DNA of 64,000 bases. Origin: Patescibacteria group bacterium. GTDB taxonomy: Bacteria; Patescibacteriota; Microgenomatia; UBA8517. The stretch covers positions 27,522 through 91,521 of the forward strand of contig JBBTWD010000016.1 of assembly GCA_038062915.1 (NCBI GenBank), in the 5' to 3' direction. Every line of letters begins with the position of its first letter. Position 1 is the stretch's first letter. The translations under genes and the position numbers were made by a program. The notes beneath the pieces are model-generated. The model had not been told where the DNA came from and did not search any database. It saw only the letters and a list, made by a program, of their open reading frames with translations. Of this stretch, positions 7,992 to 16,455 are shown piece by piece.

Positions 7992-8531
7992 TTATTTTAT
8001 TAAAAGCTTGATATTAAAGACTGTTAGTGACGGATTATTTTCTGATGAATTTAGTTGACCGAGAGATATGTCTTTAAATGCGGCATCGGCGTTTAGATTG
8101 GAAATAAATTGAGCAATTCCCATTTCACTTCCAGCAACTCCTTTGATTTGGGCTGAAGTTTCCTGAAATGATATCGACTGAAGGCTAACCTCACCGGGTA
8201 CCTTGGCAACGATTTTAGCTATAGTATCGGAAGGTTTTTTCTCTTTTGATAGATCTTTAAAAATTTGGAGTTTTGCTTGTAAAGTTCTAAAACTTTTTTC
8301 AAAATCACTTTGGGCTTTTATTTGGGCAGTCTTAATTTGTAGTTGATCGTTTAGATCAGAGTTTTGAGCATCTAACCAAAATCGGGAAAGAAATGCTCCC
8401 ATAACTACCATTTCGGTGATTATTACAATATACCTAAAAGATGTCATTGCCCAACGAAGCAATCTCCCTAGCGTTGAAGCCTCAAATTCTTCTTGAGGAA
8501 GTAGATTGATTAACTTTTTTTTGGTAGCCAT
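7992..8531 (-). CDS. pilN: PilN-like type IV pilus assembly protein
   Basis: 179 aa. N-terminal INLLP signature (MATKKKLINLLPQEEF), single TM, coiled-coil. Confidence 0.55.
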   Translation of the reverse strand: MATKKKLINLLPQEEFEASTLGRLLRWAMTSFRYIVIITEMVVMGAFLSRFWLDAQNSDLNDQLQIKTAQIKAQSDFEKSFRTLQAKLQIFKDLSKEKKPSDTIAKIVAKVPGEVSLQSISFQETSAQIKGVAGSEMGIAQFISNLNADAAFKDISLGQLNSSENNPSLTVFNIKLLIK

Positions 8532-8546
8532 GCTACTTTCAATATA

Positions 8547-8795
8547 CTATTTTGATTTTGTTTTTGGAAGAAGCTTTGACAAAGCGCTTTTAATCCTGGC
8601 GGATTTATTTTTGTGGATAACTTTCTTTTTTGTGGCCCTGTCAGCCAATGAAGTTGCTTTGAATATCGAGTCTAGACTCTTAAGTTTTCTAGCTTTTCTT
8701 AAGGCCACTTCAAGCTTTGAAATGATAATTTTATTAACACTAGTTTTTTTATGGGAGCTTCTCAAGGCTCTTTTGGCTGTTTTAGTAACCGGCAT
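8547..8795 (-). CDS. rpsT: 30S ribosomal protein S20
   Basis: MPVTKTAKRALRSSHKKTSVNK... internal Met of the 95-aa ORF is the conserved bS20 start. Confidence 0.75.
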   Translation of the reverse strand: MPVTKTAKRALRSSHKKTSVNKIIISKLEVALRKARKLKSLDSIFKATSLADRATKKKVIHKNKSARIKSALSKLLPKTKSK

Positions 8796-8814
8796 CCCAA
8801 TAGTATAATCGACC

Positions 8815-10476
8815 TTGATAATGAAATCAATCAAAAACCTATTTAATTCACAACAAAAGACTGTTCTTTCCGCCGCGACAATTATTATGTTTATGGTTGT
8901 TGCCAGTCGAATCCTGGGTCTTGTTCGTCAAAGAGTTTTGGCAAGTTTTTTTACGCCAGATGAACTTTCACTTTTCTTTGCCGCGTTTCGCTTACCCGAT
9001 TTGGTTTTTGAGGTATTAGTTTTTGGGACCTTTTCAGCCGCATTTATCCCAGTTTTTACAGGACTTATCAAAAAAAACAAAAATGAGGCTTGGAAGGTGG
9101 CTACAACAGTTGTCAATATTGGATTTTTAGTTTTTTTAATTTTGGCAGGATTTTTAATCTTTTTTTCATCTCATCTTTATGGTGTTTTAGCTCCTGGATT
9201 CACAAATGGACAACAAGTAACAATAGTAAGGCTTACTAGAATTCTGTTTGCGGCCCAAGGCTTTTTTGTTATTAGTTACGTTTTAACTGCAGTTTTAGAA
9301 TCATCACGGCGTTTTTTAATTCCTGCGGTCGCTCCACTTTTTTATAACCTAGGAATCATTTTTGGTACACTAATTTTTGCTCCCAAGTTTCATCTTATGG
9401 CCCCAGTCATCGGGGTTATAGTGGGCTCTGCTCTGCATCTTTTAATTCAACTCCCCCTTTCTTTAAAACTTGGTTTCAGATTTAGGTCAAAAATTTCCAT
9501 TGATGATAATGTAAGAAAAATTGGAAGACTTGCACTCCCCAGAATTATTGAAGTTTCAGTGATTCAGGTTATGAAAACGGTCGAGCTTTTTTTGGCTTCA
9601 TTAATTTCAACTGCTTCATATACTTATTTTACTCTAGGCAACACCATTCAACTTATTCCAGTTGGACTTTTTGGGACATCGATAGCCAAAGCATCTCTAC
9701 CCACACTATCAAGACAGGTGGGCCAGCCAGGCGTTTTCAGGAAAACACTTTTTGATGCTCTATATCAGATGGTTTTTTTAATTTTGCCAGTTTCGGCCAC
9801 ATTGATAGTTTTAAGAATCCCCATAGTAAGGCTTATTTTTGGGACAGATATGTTTGATTGGGAAGCAACGGTCCAAACCGGAATGGTTGTTTCGGCATTC
9901 GCCGTTGGAGTTATCTTCCAAGCTGGTGCAAGTCTACTTTCAAGGGCATTTTATGCCATGCACGATACAAAGACTCCCGTTATTATTTCTATAATCTCAT
10001 TAATTATTAATATTAGCTTGGCATTTATTTTTGTCAAAGTTTTTAGTCTTCCCTCTTGGTCTCTGGCACTTGCCTACTCTATCGGAGTTTTTATACAAGG
10101 CGCCACTCTTTTTATAGTAATCAATAATCGTCTTAAAAATGGTCCGATTTGGAAACTTCTTTCCCCACTTTTTAAATCAGTATTTTCATCCGTAGTTTCA
10201 GGTGTCGTGATGTATTTTATGCTCAAGTTTTTTGATAGATGGGTTTGGATAAAAAATTCGCCGGCCAATCTTCCTTTTGAGAGGTTTGTTTTGGATACAA
10301 GATATGCCGGAAACCTTTTGGCATTAACCATGTTGGTAATTTTATCGGGCGCCTTGGCTTACTTTTTAACTTCTTATTTACTAAAATCTCAAGAATTAAC
10401 TAATTTTTTAAACTTGTTTAAACGATTTTTTATTTCAAGAAAAATAGAACCCATTTCAGACCTTGACAAGGGTTAG
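8815..10476 (+). CDS. murJ: lipid II flippase MurJ (MviN)
   Basis: 553 aa with 14 TM segments. ILGLVRQRVLASFFT N-terminal motif. Confidence 0.8.
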   Translation: MIMKSIKNLFNSQQKTVLSAATIIMFMVVASRILGLVRQRVLASFFTPDELSLFFAAFRLPDLVFEVLVFGTFSAAFIPVFTGLIKKNKNEAWKVATTVVNIGFLVFLILAGFLIFFSSHLYGVLAPGFTNGQQVTIVRLTRILFAAQGFFVISYVLTAVLESSRRFLIPAVAPLFYNLGIIFGTLIFAPKFHLMAPVIGVIVGSALHLLIQLPLSLKLGFRFRSKISIDDNVRKIGRLALPRIIEVSVIQVMKTVELFLASLISTASYTYFTLGNTIQLIPVGLFGTSIAKASLPTLSRQVGQPGVFRKTLFDALYQMVFLILPVSATLIVLRIPIVRLIFGTDMFDWEATVQTGMVVSAFAVGVIFQAGASLLSRAFYAMHDTKTPVIISIISLIINISLAFIFVKVFSLPSWSLALAYSIGVFIQGATLFIVINNRLKNGPIWKLLSPLFKSVFSSVVSGVVMYFMLKFFDRWVWIKNSPANLPFERFVLDTRYAGNLLALTMLVILSGALAYFLTSYLLKSQELTNFLNLFKRFFISRKIEPISDLDKG

Positions 10477-10491
10477 CACTCGAGATAAGAT
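10463..10491 (+). promoter_or_regulatory. sigma70-like promoter (TTGACA-17-TAAGAT) for hrcA operon
   Basis: TTGACA at 10463-10468 and TAAGAT at 10486-10491. Overlaps CIRCE. Confidence 0.45.
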
Positions 10492-10499
10492 ACTGCTAA
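10473..10499 (+). promoter_or_regulatory. CIRCE operator (HrcA binding site)
   Basis: TTAGCACTC-gagataaga-TACTGCTAA versus consensus TTAGCACTC-N9-GAGTGCTAA. Lies 3 nt upstream of the hrcA ATG. Confidence 0.75.
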
Positions 10500-10501
10500 C
10501 T

Positions 10502-11242
10502 ATGGCTGAAGGATTAACCGCAAGGCAAACACGAGTCTTAAAAGCTATTATCGACGAGTATATTGAAACTGCCGATGCGGTTGGCTCCGAGGCTCTCGAT
10601 AAAAAATATAATTTAGGGGTTTCTCCGGCTACGATCAGAAATGAGATGGTTTCTTTGACAAAATCTAATTATCTTAAACAACTACATACATCTGCGGGTC
10701 GCGTCCCCACCCCAACCGCGATGAAATTTTACATCGATCAACTAATGGAGGAAAAAGAGATGAGTTTGGTCGATGAAGTTAAAGCAAAAGAGGATGTTTG
10801 GGATTCTAGGGCAGACTTAAAGGATCTAATGGAGGAGGCAACACATGCTTTGTCTGATGCCACCCAAAGCCTGTCTGTTTCTGCGCTCCAAGAAGGAGCA
10901 AGTAATAGGTTTTGGCATTCAGGCTACTCCCATCTTTTTGAGAACCCAGAATTTTCAGATATACAGGCTTGTGCAAATATATTTTCATTACTTGAACAAG
11001 GAGAAAAAATGCAAAAGCTTTTTTTTGAGATTTCAGAACCCACCTCTCCTTTAGATATTTTATTTGGAGAAGAATTAGGCTGGCCGGAGTTGACGCCAGC
11101 TGGTATTATTGCGACACATTTTAATGTTCGAGGAAAACCCGCCATGCTTGCTATAATCGGACCATCAAGGGTTTCTTATTCGACACTGATCCCAGTTGTT
11201 AAATATTTTAAGGGATTAATTGAGGAGGTAGCATCAGCATGA
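10502..11242 (+). CDS. hrcA: heat-inducible transcription repressor HrcA (short form)
   Basis: MAEGLTARQTRVLKAIIDEYIETADAVGSEAL...SPATIRNEM. First gene of the hrcA-grpE-dnaK order. Confidence 0.75.
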   Translation: MAEGLTARQTRVLKAIIDEYIETADAVGSEALDKKYNLGVSPATIRNEMVSLTKSNYLKQLHTSAGRVPTPTAMKFYIDQLMEEKEMSLVDEVKAKEDVWDSRADLKDLMEEATHALSDATQSLSVSALQEGASNRFWHSGYSHLFENPEFSDIQACANIFSLLEQGEKMQKLFFEISEPTSPLDILFGEELGWPELTPAGIIATHFNVRGKPAMLAIIGPSRVSYSTLIPVVKYFKGLIEEVASA

Positions 11243-11628
11243 AAAACCAACTAGCCAGAGCTCTTGCTGATTATGATAACTTAAGAAAAAGAGTTGAAAC
11301 AGATAAAAACAATTTTGAAAAGTTGGCTAATTTAAGATTAGTGTTAAAATTATTACCAGTTTTAGATGTTTTGAAAAAAGCTCAAGAGCATGTTAAGGAC
11401 CCAGGAATTGCTGTCACCATTAAAGAATTTGAAGAAGCAATAAAAACTGAAGGGATAGAAGAAATAAAAGTTAAAGCTGGAGATGGGTTTAACCCAGAGC
11501 TTATGGAGGTTATCGAAGCTGTGGTTGGGAAAGCTGTTAATACAGTTGCAGAAATAGTGCAAACAGGTTATAAAATTATAGACGGGCCAGTAATAAGACA
11601 CACAAAAGTAAAAGTATGGCAAAAATAA
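11239..11628 (+). CDS. grpE: nucleotide exchange factor GrpE (short)
   Basis: [20 protein letters not shown] and [15 protein letters not shown] motifs. Confidence 0.7.
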   Translation: MKNQLARALADYDNLRKRVETDKNNFEKLANLRLVLKLLPVLDVLKKAQEHVKDPGIAVTIKEFEEAIKTEGIEEIKVKAGDGFNPELMEVIEAVVGKAVNTVAEIVQTGYKIIDGPVIRHTKVKVWQK

Positions 11629-11629
11629 T

Positions 11630-13540
11630 ATGAGTAAAATCATTGGAATTGATTTAGGAACAACAAATTCGGCCCTTTCTGTAATGGAGGCAGGACGCCC
11701 AGTGGTTATAGCAGCCTCTGACACCGGTCGTAATGTTACCCCATCAGTTGTTGAACCTATTAAAAATTTAGTGGGGGATGTGGCTAAACGTCAAATGATT
11801 CTTAACTCTAAAAATACAGTTTTCTCTGCCAAGCGCCTTATGGGTAGAAGATTTGAAGATAAAGAGGTCGAAAGAACTATCAAAATGGTTCCTTACGAAA
11901 TTGTAAAGGGTAAAAATGGAATGGCCGATATTAAAATTGGTGACAAAGTATTTACACCTCAAGAAATTGGAGCCAGGGTTTTAATGAAACTCAAAAAAGA
12001 TGCAGAGGCTTATCTTGGTGAAAAAGTAGAATCAGCAGTAATTACGGTTCCGGCCTACTTTGATGATGCCCAAAGGCAAGCTACGAAGCAAGCGGGCGAA
12101 ATTGCAGGACTTAAAGTTGAGCGAATAATTAATGAACCAACCGCGGCAGCTCTTGCATATGGGCTAGATAAGAAAAACGCTCATAAAATTGCTGTCTATG
12201 ATCTTGGTGGTGGAACATTTGATATTTCAGTGCTTGAATTGGGTGAGGGGGTATTTGAAGTTAAGGCTACAAATGGCGACACTCACCTTGGAGGAGATGA
12301 TTTTGATCAAACAATTGTTGAATATATAGTTGATGAATTTAAAAAGGAAAATGGCGGGCTTGATCTTTCAGCTGACAAACAAGCACTTCAAAGAGTAAGG
12401 GACGCCGCGGAGAAAGCAAAAATCGAGCTTTCTGCCGCAGAAGAAGTTGAAATAAACCAACCATACATTACTCAAAAAGATGGTCAACCACTTCATTTAA
12501 CTATGAAGTTGACAAGAGCAAAACTAGAAAGCTTGGTTGGGGAGTTAATCGAAAAAACAATGAAGCCGGTAGCTTTAGCCTTGAAAGACGCCAAATTAGA
12601 CCCACACGATATTAATGAAATTATTTTAGTAGGTGGAATGACAAGAATGCCAAAGGTGGTCGAAACTGTTAAAAATTTCTTTGGCAAAGATCCAAATAAA
12701 TCAGTCAACCCAGACGAGGTAGTAGCAATTGGAGCAGCTATTCAGGGCGGAGTATTAGGTGGAGAAGTAAAAGATATTTTGCTTTTGGATGTTACCCCAC
12801 TTACTTTAGCGATTGAGACTTTGGGTGGAGTAGCTACACCAATGATTCCAAGAAATACCACTATTCCTACAAGTAAAACTGAAACATTTTCAACTGCGGC
12901 TGATAATCAAACACAGGTTCAAATAGTGGTAACTCAAGGAGAGCGCCCAATGAGTGCCGATAATAAAACACTTGGAACGTTTACTCTTGATGGAATTCCT
13001 CCGGCCCCAAGAGGAGTGCCACAGGTTGAAGTAACTTTTGATATGGATGCATCGGGCATTTTGACAGTTACCGCAAAAGATAAAGCATCGGGAAAGACTA
13101 CAAACATAAAAATCACAGGAGCAGTGGGACTTTCCGACGAGGAAGTAAAAAGAATGCAGGAAGAAGCCGAAAAACACAAAGATGAAGATGAAAAGAAAGC
13201 AGAAGGTATTAAAGCAAAGAATAATGCTGACGGCCTAATTGCAACTGCAGAAAAGGCATTAAAAGATGCTGGAGACAAGGTTGATACTAAAATAAAAGAA
13301 GAAGTAGAAGAAAAAGTAAAAGCGCTTAAAGAAGTAGCGGGGAAAGACAGCTCAACTAAAGAAGAAATAGAAACCGCAACAAAAGATTTGAGTGATGTTT
13401 TGTCTTCAGTTGGCCAAGCGATGTATGGGGATCAAAACAAAACCAGTGAACCGGAGAACAGTGGAACCGAAGAACCGAAAACTGAAGGTTCTGAAAAGAA
13501 AAAACCAGAGGATGTTGAAGAAGGACAGGTGGTTGAATAA
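11630..13540 (+). CDS. dnaK: chaperone DnaK (Hsp70)
   Basis: [18 protein letters not shown] and other canonical motifs. 636 aa. Confidence 0.95.
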   Translation: MSKIIGIDLGTTNSALSVMEAGRPVVIAASDTGRNVTPSVVEPIKNLVGDVAKRQMILNSKNTVFSAKRLMGRRFEDKEVERTIKMVPYEIVKGKNGMADIKIGDKVFTPQEIGARVLMKLKKDAEAYLGEKVESAVITVPAYFDDAQRQATKQAGEIAGLKVERIINEPTAAALAYGLDKKNAHKIAVYDLGGGTFDISVLELGEGVFEVKATNGDTHLGGDDFDQTIVEYIVDEFKKENGGLDLSADKQALQRVRDAAEKAKIELSAAEEVEINQPYITQKDGQPLHLTMKLTRAKLESLVGELIEKTMKPVALALKDAKLDPHDINEIILVGGMTRMPKVVETVKNFFGKDPNKSVNPDEVVAIGAAIQGGVLGGEVKDILLLDVTPLTLAIETLGGVATPMIPRNTTIPTSKTETFSTAADNQTQVQIVVTQGERPMSADNKTLGTFTLDGIPPAPRGVPQVEVTFDMDASGILTVTAKDKASGKTTNIKITGAVGLSDEEVKRMQEEAEKHKDEDEKKAEGIKAKNNADGLIATAEKALKDAGDKVDTKIKEEVEEKVKALKEVAGKDSSTKEEIETATKDLSDVLSSVGQAMYGDQNKTSEPENSGTEEPKTEGSEKKKPEDVEEGQVVE

Positions 13541-13905
13541 ATGGAATCTTTTTTTGGTCTTGTTGAAAGATATAGTTTTTCAAAATCTTCCAGTGAAGAA
13601 AAGGCTTTAAAAATATTGGCACAGCCAATAAGATATTATTTGAGGTTGGAATTGATGATGTTTTGGATCGAAATGCTACCGTCCTTAATTTAAAAAATTT
13701 AGGGAAGCCCTTTAATGGGGAATCGCTTCTGAAAATTATTTCTCGTGAAGTTTGGGAACAGGATGTGTTAAATGATAAAAAGGGAATTTTAATATCATTA
13801 CCAACAAACCATATTTCAAATTTAACAATCGATGATGTTGTTGTTAATTTGAAAGGTAAAGAATCAAACAAATTTGAATTGTCTTTTGCAACTTCATCTA
13901 AATAA
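13541..13905 (+). pseudogene. frameshifted ORF remnants of unknown origin
   Basis: A 51-aa ORF (MESFFGLVERYSF...) and an 80-aa ORF in a different frame occupy the spacer. No recognisable family. Confidence 0.25.
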
Positions 13906-13941
13906 TTACAAATTTATAATTTCTAGTTTAGAATAAGGGTT

Positions 13942-14004
13942 ATGTCTACAAAAACTGATTACTACGATATTTTAGGTTTAATTTTGGCAAGTGTTAGCCT
14001 TTGA
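13942..14004 (+). pseudogene. dnaJ-like 5' gene fragment (J-domain start only)
   Basis: [13 protein letters not shown] then divergence and a stop after 20 codons. The true dnaJ 430 bp downstream starts [13 protein letters not shown]. Confidence 0.55.
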
Positions 14005-14018
14005 GTTTTTTGAAGATT

Positions 14019-14117
14019 TTACTTTAGTTTGAGGAATTCTTTTTCTGAAGAGTCAGCCTTGTTGATGAAATTTCTTAACAAGCCAGGTTTTACATCTTTG
14101 GTTTGAATGAAGGCATT
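14019..14117 (-). pseudogene. HicA toxin C-terminal remnant
   Basis: The frame directly after the hicB stop reads NAFIQTKDVKPGLLRNFINKADSSEKEFLKLK. This resembles the HicA C-terminus (..KPGTLRSILKQAGL..EEF..LL). The N-terminal catalytic half is absent. Confidence 0.4.
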
Positions 14118-14384
14118 TTAGGCAGTTAAGACTGGATAAGAAACAGCAATTTTTGTAAAAAATGTTTCCGTTTTTTCTCTTGGAATCTCCAACCCTTCTT
14201 CTTCCATAACAGCAATTACACCTGAAATAGCCTCTTTGATGTTTCTAACTGCTTCTTCTATAGTTTCCCCTTGAGTTGCACAACCATCTAAAGCGGGAAC
14301 GGTAACAATATAGCCACCCTCTTCGGCAGGCTCAAATAGAACAGTATACTCTAAAATATTTTTGGTAATCTTTTTCATACCCAA
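14118..14384 (-). CDS. hicB: HicB-family antitoxin (N-terminal RNase H-like domain only)
   Basis: YTVLFEPAEEGGYIVTVPALDGCATQGETIEEAVRNIKEAI matches the HicB/UPF0150 core. Confidence 0.6.
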   Translation of the reverse strand: MGMKKITKNILEYTVLFEPAEEGGYIVTVPALDGCATQGETIEEAVRNIKEAISGVIAVMEEEGLEIPREKTETFFTKIAVSYPVLTA

Positions 14385-14421
14385 AATTATATCATAGATT
14401 TGGAAACAGATTTTGATATAA

Positions 14422-14448
14422 TTAGCATTATTAATTTATGAGTGCCAA
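14422..14448 (+). promoter_or_regulatory. degenerate CIRCE-like inverted repeat overlapping dnaJ start codon
   Basis: TTAGCATTA-ttaatttat-GAGTGCCAA (arms 7/9 and 8/9 versus consensus). The ATG of dnaJ is at 14438. Confidence 0.4.
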
Positions 14449-15304
14449 AACAGATTATTATGACATTTTGGGAGTAGGTAAGACTGCTTCTAGTGATGAA
14501 ATTAAAAAGGCATATAGAAAGCAAGCTCTCGAGTGGCATCCGGATAGACATAAAGATGAGAAAGAAGTTGCTGAAAAAAAATTCAAAGAAATAAACGAAG
14601 CATATCAAGTATTGTCCGACCCAAATAAACGCTCTTCATATGATCAATTTGGCTCAGCGGGTGGCCCAACAGGAAATCCATTTACTGGAGGTTTTTCGGG
14701 GCAATCCAGTCCGTTTACATATACCTGGTCATCGGGTGGGGACAGTAACCCGTTTGCAAACGCAGATTTTGGCGATCCATTTGATATTTTTGAAAGTTTC
14801 TTTGGTGGGGGAAATCCATTTGGAAGGTCTCAATCAAGATCTATTCCTCGTTATTCAATGACAATGGACTTTATGGATGCAGTAAAGGGCATAGAGAAAG
14901 AGATAGAGATAGAAAGAGGAAAAACAAGAAAAATTAAAATTCCTGCAGGAATTTATGAAGGAGCAAGAATTAATTTCGGAGACTTTACTCTTTCAGTTAA
15001 TATTAAACCCCATAAGGTATTTGAGCGCCAGGATGACGATATCTATGTAACAGTTGGCATTCCTTTTTCACTAGCAGTACTTGGAGGAGAAATTAGTGTT
15101 CCTGCGATCGATGAGGAAATAAAAATTAAAATTCGCCCAGGGACACAAAGCGGAGCAATGGTACGCCTTCGCGAACGAGGAGTTCCCCATCTTCATGGAA
15201 GAGGCCGTGGTGATGAATACGTGAGAATTAACATCCTAACACCAGATAAACTCACTCGAAACCAAAAAAGCATACTTGAAGAAATGAAAGAAGAGGGGCT
15301 TTAA
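14438..15304 (+). CDS. dnaJ: DnaJ-family co-chaperone lacking the CxxCxGxG zinc-finger region (class B/CbpA-like)
   Basis: J domain with HPD (EWHPDRH), Gly/Phe-rich region and C-terminal substrate-binding domains. Only 288 aa and no Cys repeats. Confidence 0.8.
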   Translation: MSAKTDYYDILGVGKTASSDEIKKAYRKQALEWHPDRHKDEKEVAEKKFKEINEAYQVLSDPNKRSSYDQFGSAGGPTGNPFTGGFSGQSSPFTYTWSSGGDSNPFANADFGDPFDIFESFFGGGNPFGRSQSRSIPRYSMTMDFMDAVKGIEKEIEIERGKTRKIKIPAGIYEGARINFGDFTLSVNIKPHKVFERQDDDIYVTVGIPFSLAVLGGEISVPAIDEEIKIKIRPGTQSGAMVRLRERGVPHLHGRGRGDEYVRINILTPDKLTRNQKSILEEMKEEGL

Positions 15305-15349
15305 ACCTTCTTGTTAATTTAGCTTCTTTAAGGTAAACTTCAAGCTTGT

Positions 15350-16450
15350 ATGCAAGCAGCTAGAACAGAATTTTCACAAGCCTTAAAAGCAATCGCTGCA
15401 GAGCGAGGGCTTGACCCCAATGTTATTCTCGAAACCATTAAACAAGCAATAATTGCGGCCTATAGGCGAGACGCCAAAGAGCAGGGTGAAGAAATCGCAG
15501 AGGAAATCGAGATAGTGGCTCAAATCGACTCAGTTTCCGGTGAAACCAAGGTCTTTATAGATAAAAAAGACGTTACCCCTCCTGGTTTTGGAAGAATTGC
15601 GGCTCAAACAGCAAAACAAGTTATTCACCAAAAAATAAGAGAGGCAGAGAAAGGTGCAATTTTAGAGGAGTTTGAGGAAAAAGTAGGAGCTTTGGTTTCG
15701 GGACTTATTTTACGGTTTGATGGTCCAAATGTGAGAGTGGATCTGGGTAGAACCGAGGCTATAATGGAAGCTAGTGAGCGGATTTCAAATGAACGTCTTA
15801 ATTTAAACCAAAGACTTACATTCCTTCTGAAAGAAATAAAGGAAACTCCAAGAGGAAAAGATCTGTTTTTATCTCGAGCCGAACCTGAATTTATTAAAAA
15901 ACTTTTTGCCAGGGAAGTTCCGGAAGTTTCCTCGGGTGCTGTAGTGATTAAAGAAATTGCAAGAGAAGCCGGTGTCAGAACAAAAATTGCTGTTTTTTCA
16001 GAGCAGACCGGAGTTGACCCAGTTGGCTCTTGTGTGGGGCAAAAAGGAGTTAGGGTTCAAGCTGTAACAAATGAAGTTGGTGGAGAGAGGGTTGATGTTA
16101 TCCCTTGGAGCAAAGACGTTGCCGAACTAATAAAGTCGGCCTTGTCCCCCGCAGATGGCCTTACAGTCAAACTCAATGAGAAAGTGAAAGTTGCTAAAGT
16201 GCTTTGTCCGGAGGATCAACTCTCGATGGCCATAGGCAAAGATGGGCAAAATGTTCGTTTAACAGCAAAGTTGACGGGTTACCGAATTGAAGTTGAAGGA
16301 AATGGGGAAAGACTTGAGAAAGAGGTGGAGACGGAAAAAATAGAAGAGATTTTACCCATATCCGACGTTAATAAAATTACAAAAACTAAAGCTAGGAAAA
16401 TTGCTAAAAAATTAAAAAAGGAGAAAGCTGAAGAAGAGAAGCCGGAGTAA
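15350..16450 (+). CDS. nusA: transcription termination/antitermination factor NusA
   Basis: N-terminal NusA domain, S1 and KH regions. Directly precedes infB. Confidence 0.85.
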   Translation: MQAARTEFSQALKAIAAERGLDPNVILETIKQAIIAAYRRDAKEQGEEIAEEIEIVAQIDSVSGETKVFIDKKDVTPPGFGRIAAQTAKQVIHQKIREAEKGAILEEFEEKVGALVSGLILRFDGPNVRVDLGRTEAIMEASERISNERLNLNQRLTFLLKEIKETPRGKDLFLSRAEPEFIKKLFAREVPEVSSGAVVIKEIAREAGVRTKIAVFSEQTGVDPVGSCVGQKGVRVQAVTNEVGGERVDVIPWSKDVAELIKSALSPADGLTVKLNEKVKVAKVLCPEDQLSMAIGKDGQNVRLTAKLTGYRIEVEGNGERLEKEVETEKIEEILPISDVNKITKTKARKIAKKLKKEKAEEEKPE

Positions 16451-16455
16451 TATGT

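Noticed and set aside
12890-13278. Antisense ORFs within dnaK (12890..13177, 12934..13278) and similar antisense ORFs inside infB, pnp, rpoB, rpoC, fusA, rnj, ftsK
   Set aside because: They lie inside strongly supported conserved genes on the opposite strand, with biased Ser/Pro/low-complexity translations typical of shadow frames
14387-14608. 73-aa minus-strand ORF upstream of hicB as a candidate HicA
   Set aside because: It overlaps the dnaJ coding start antisense, its sequence is hydrophobic/low-complexity, and it has no HicA motif. The HicA-like signal is instead downstream of hicB
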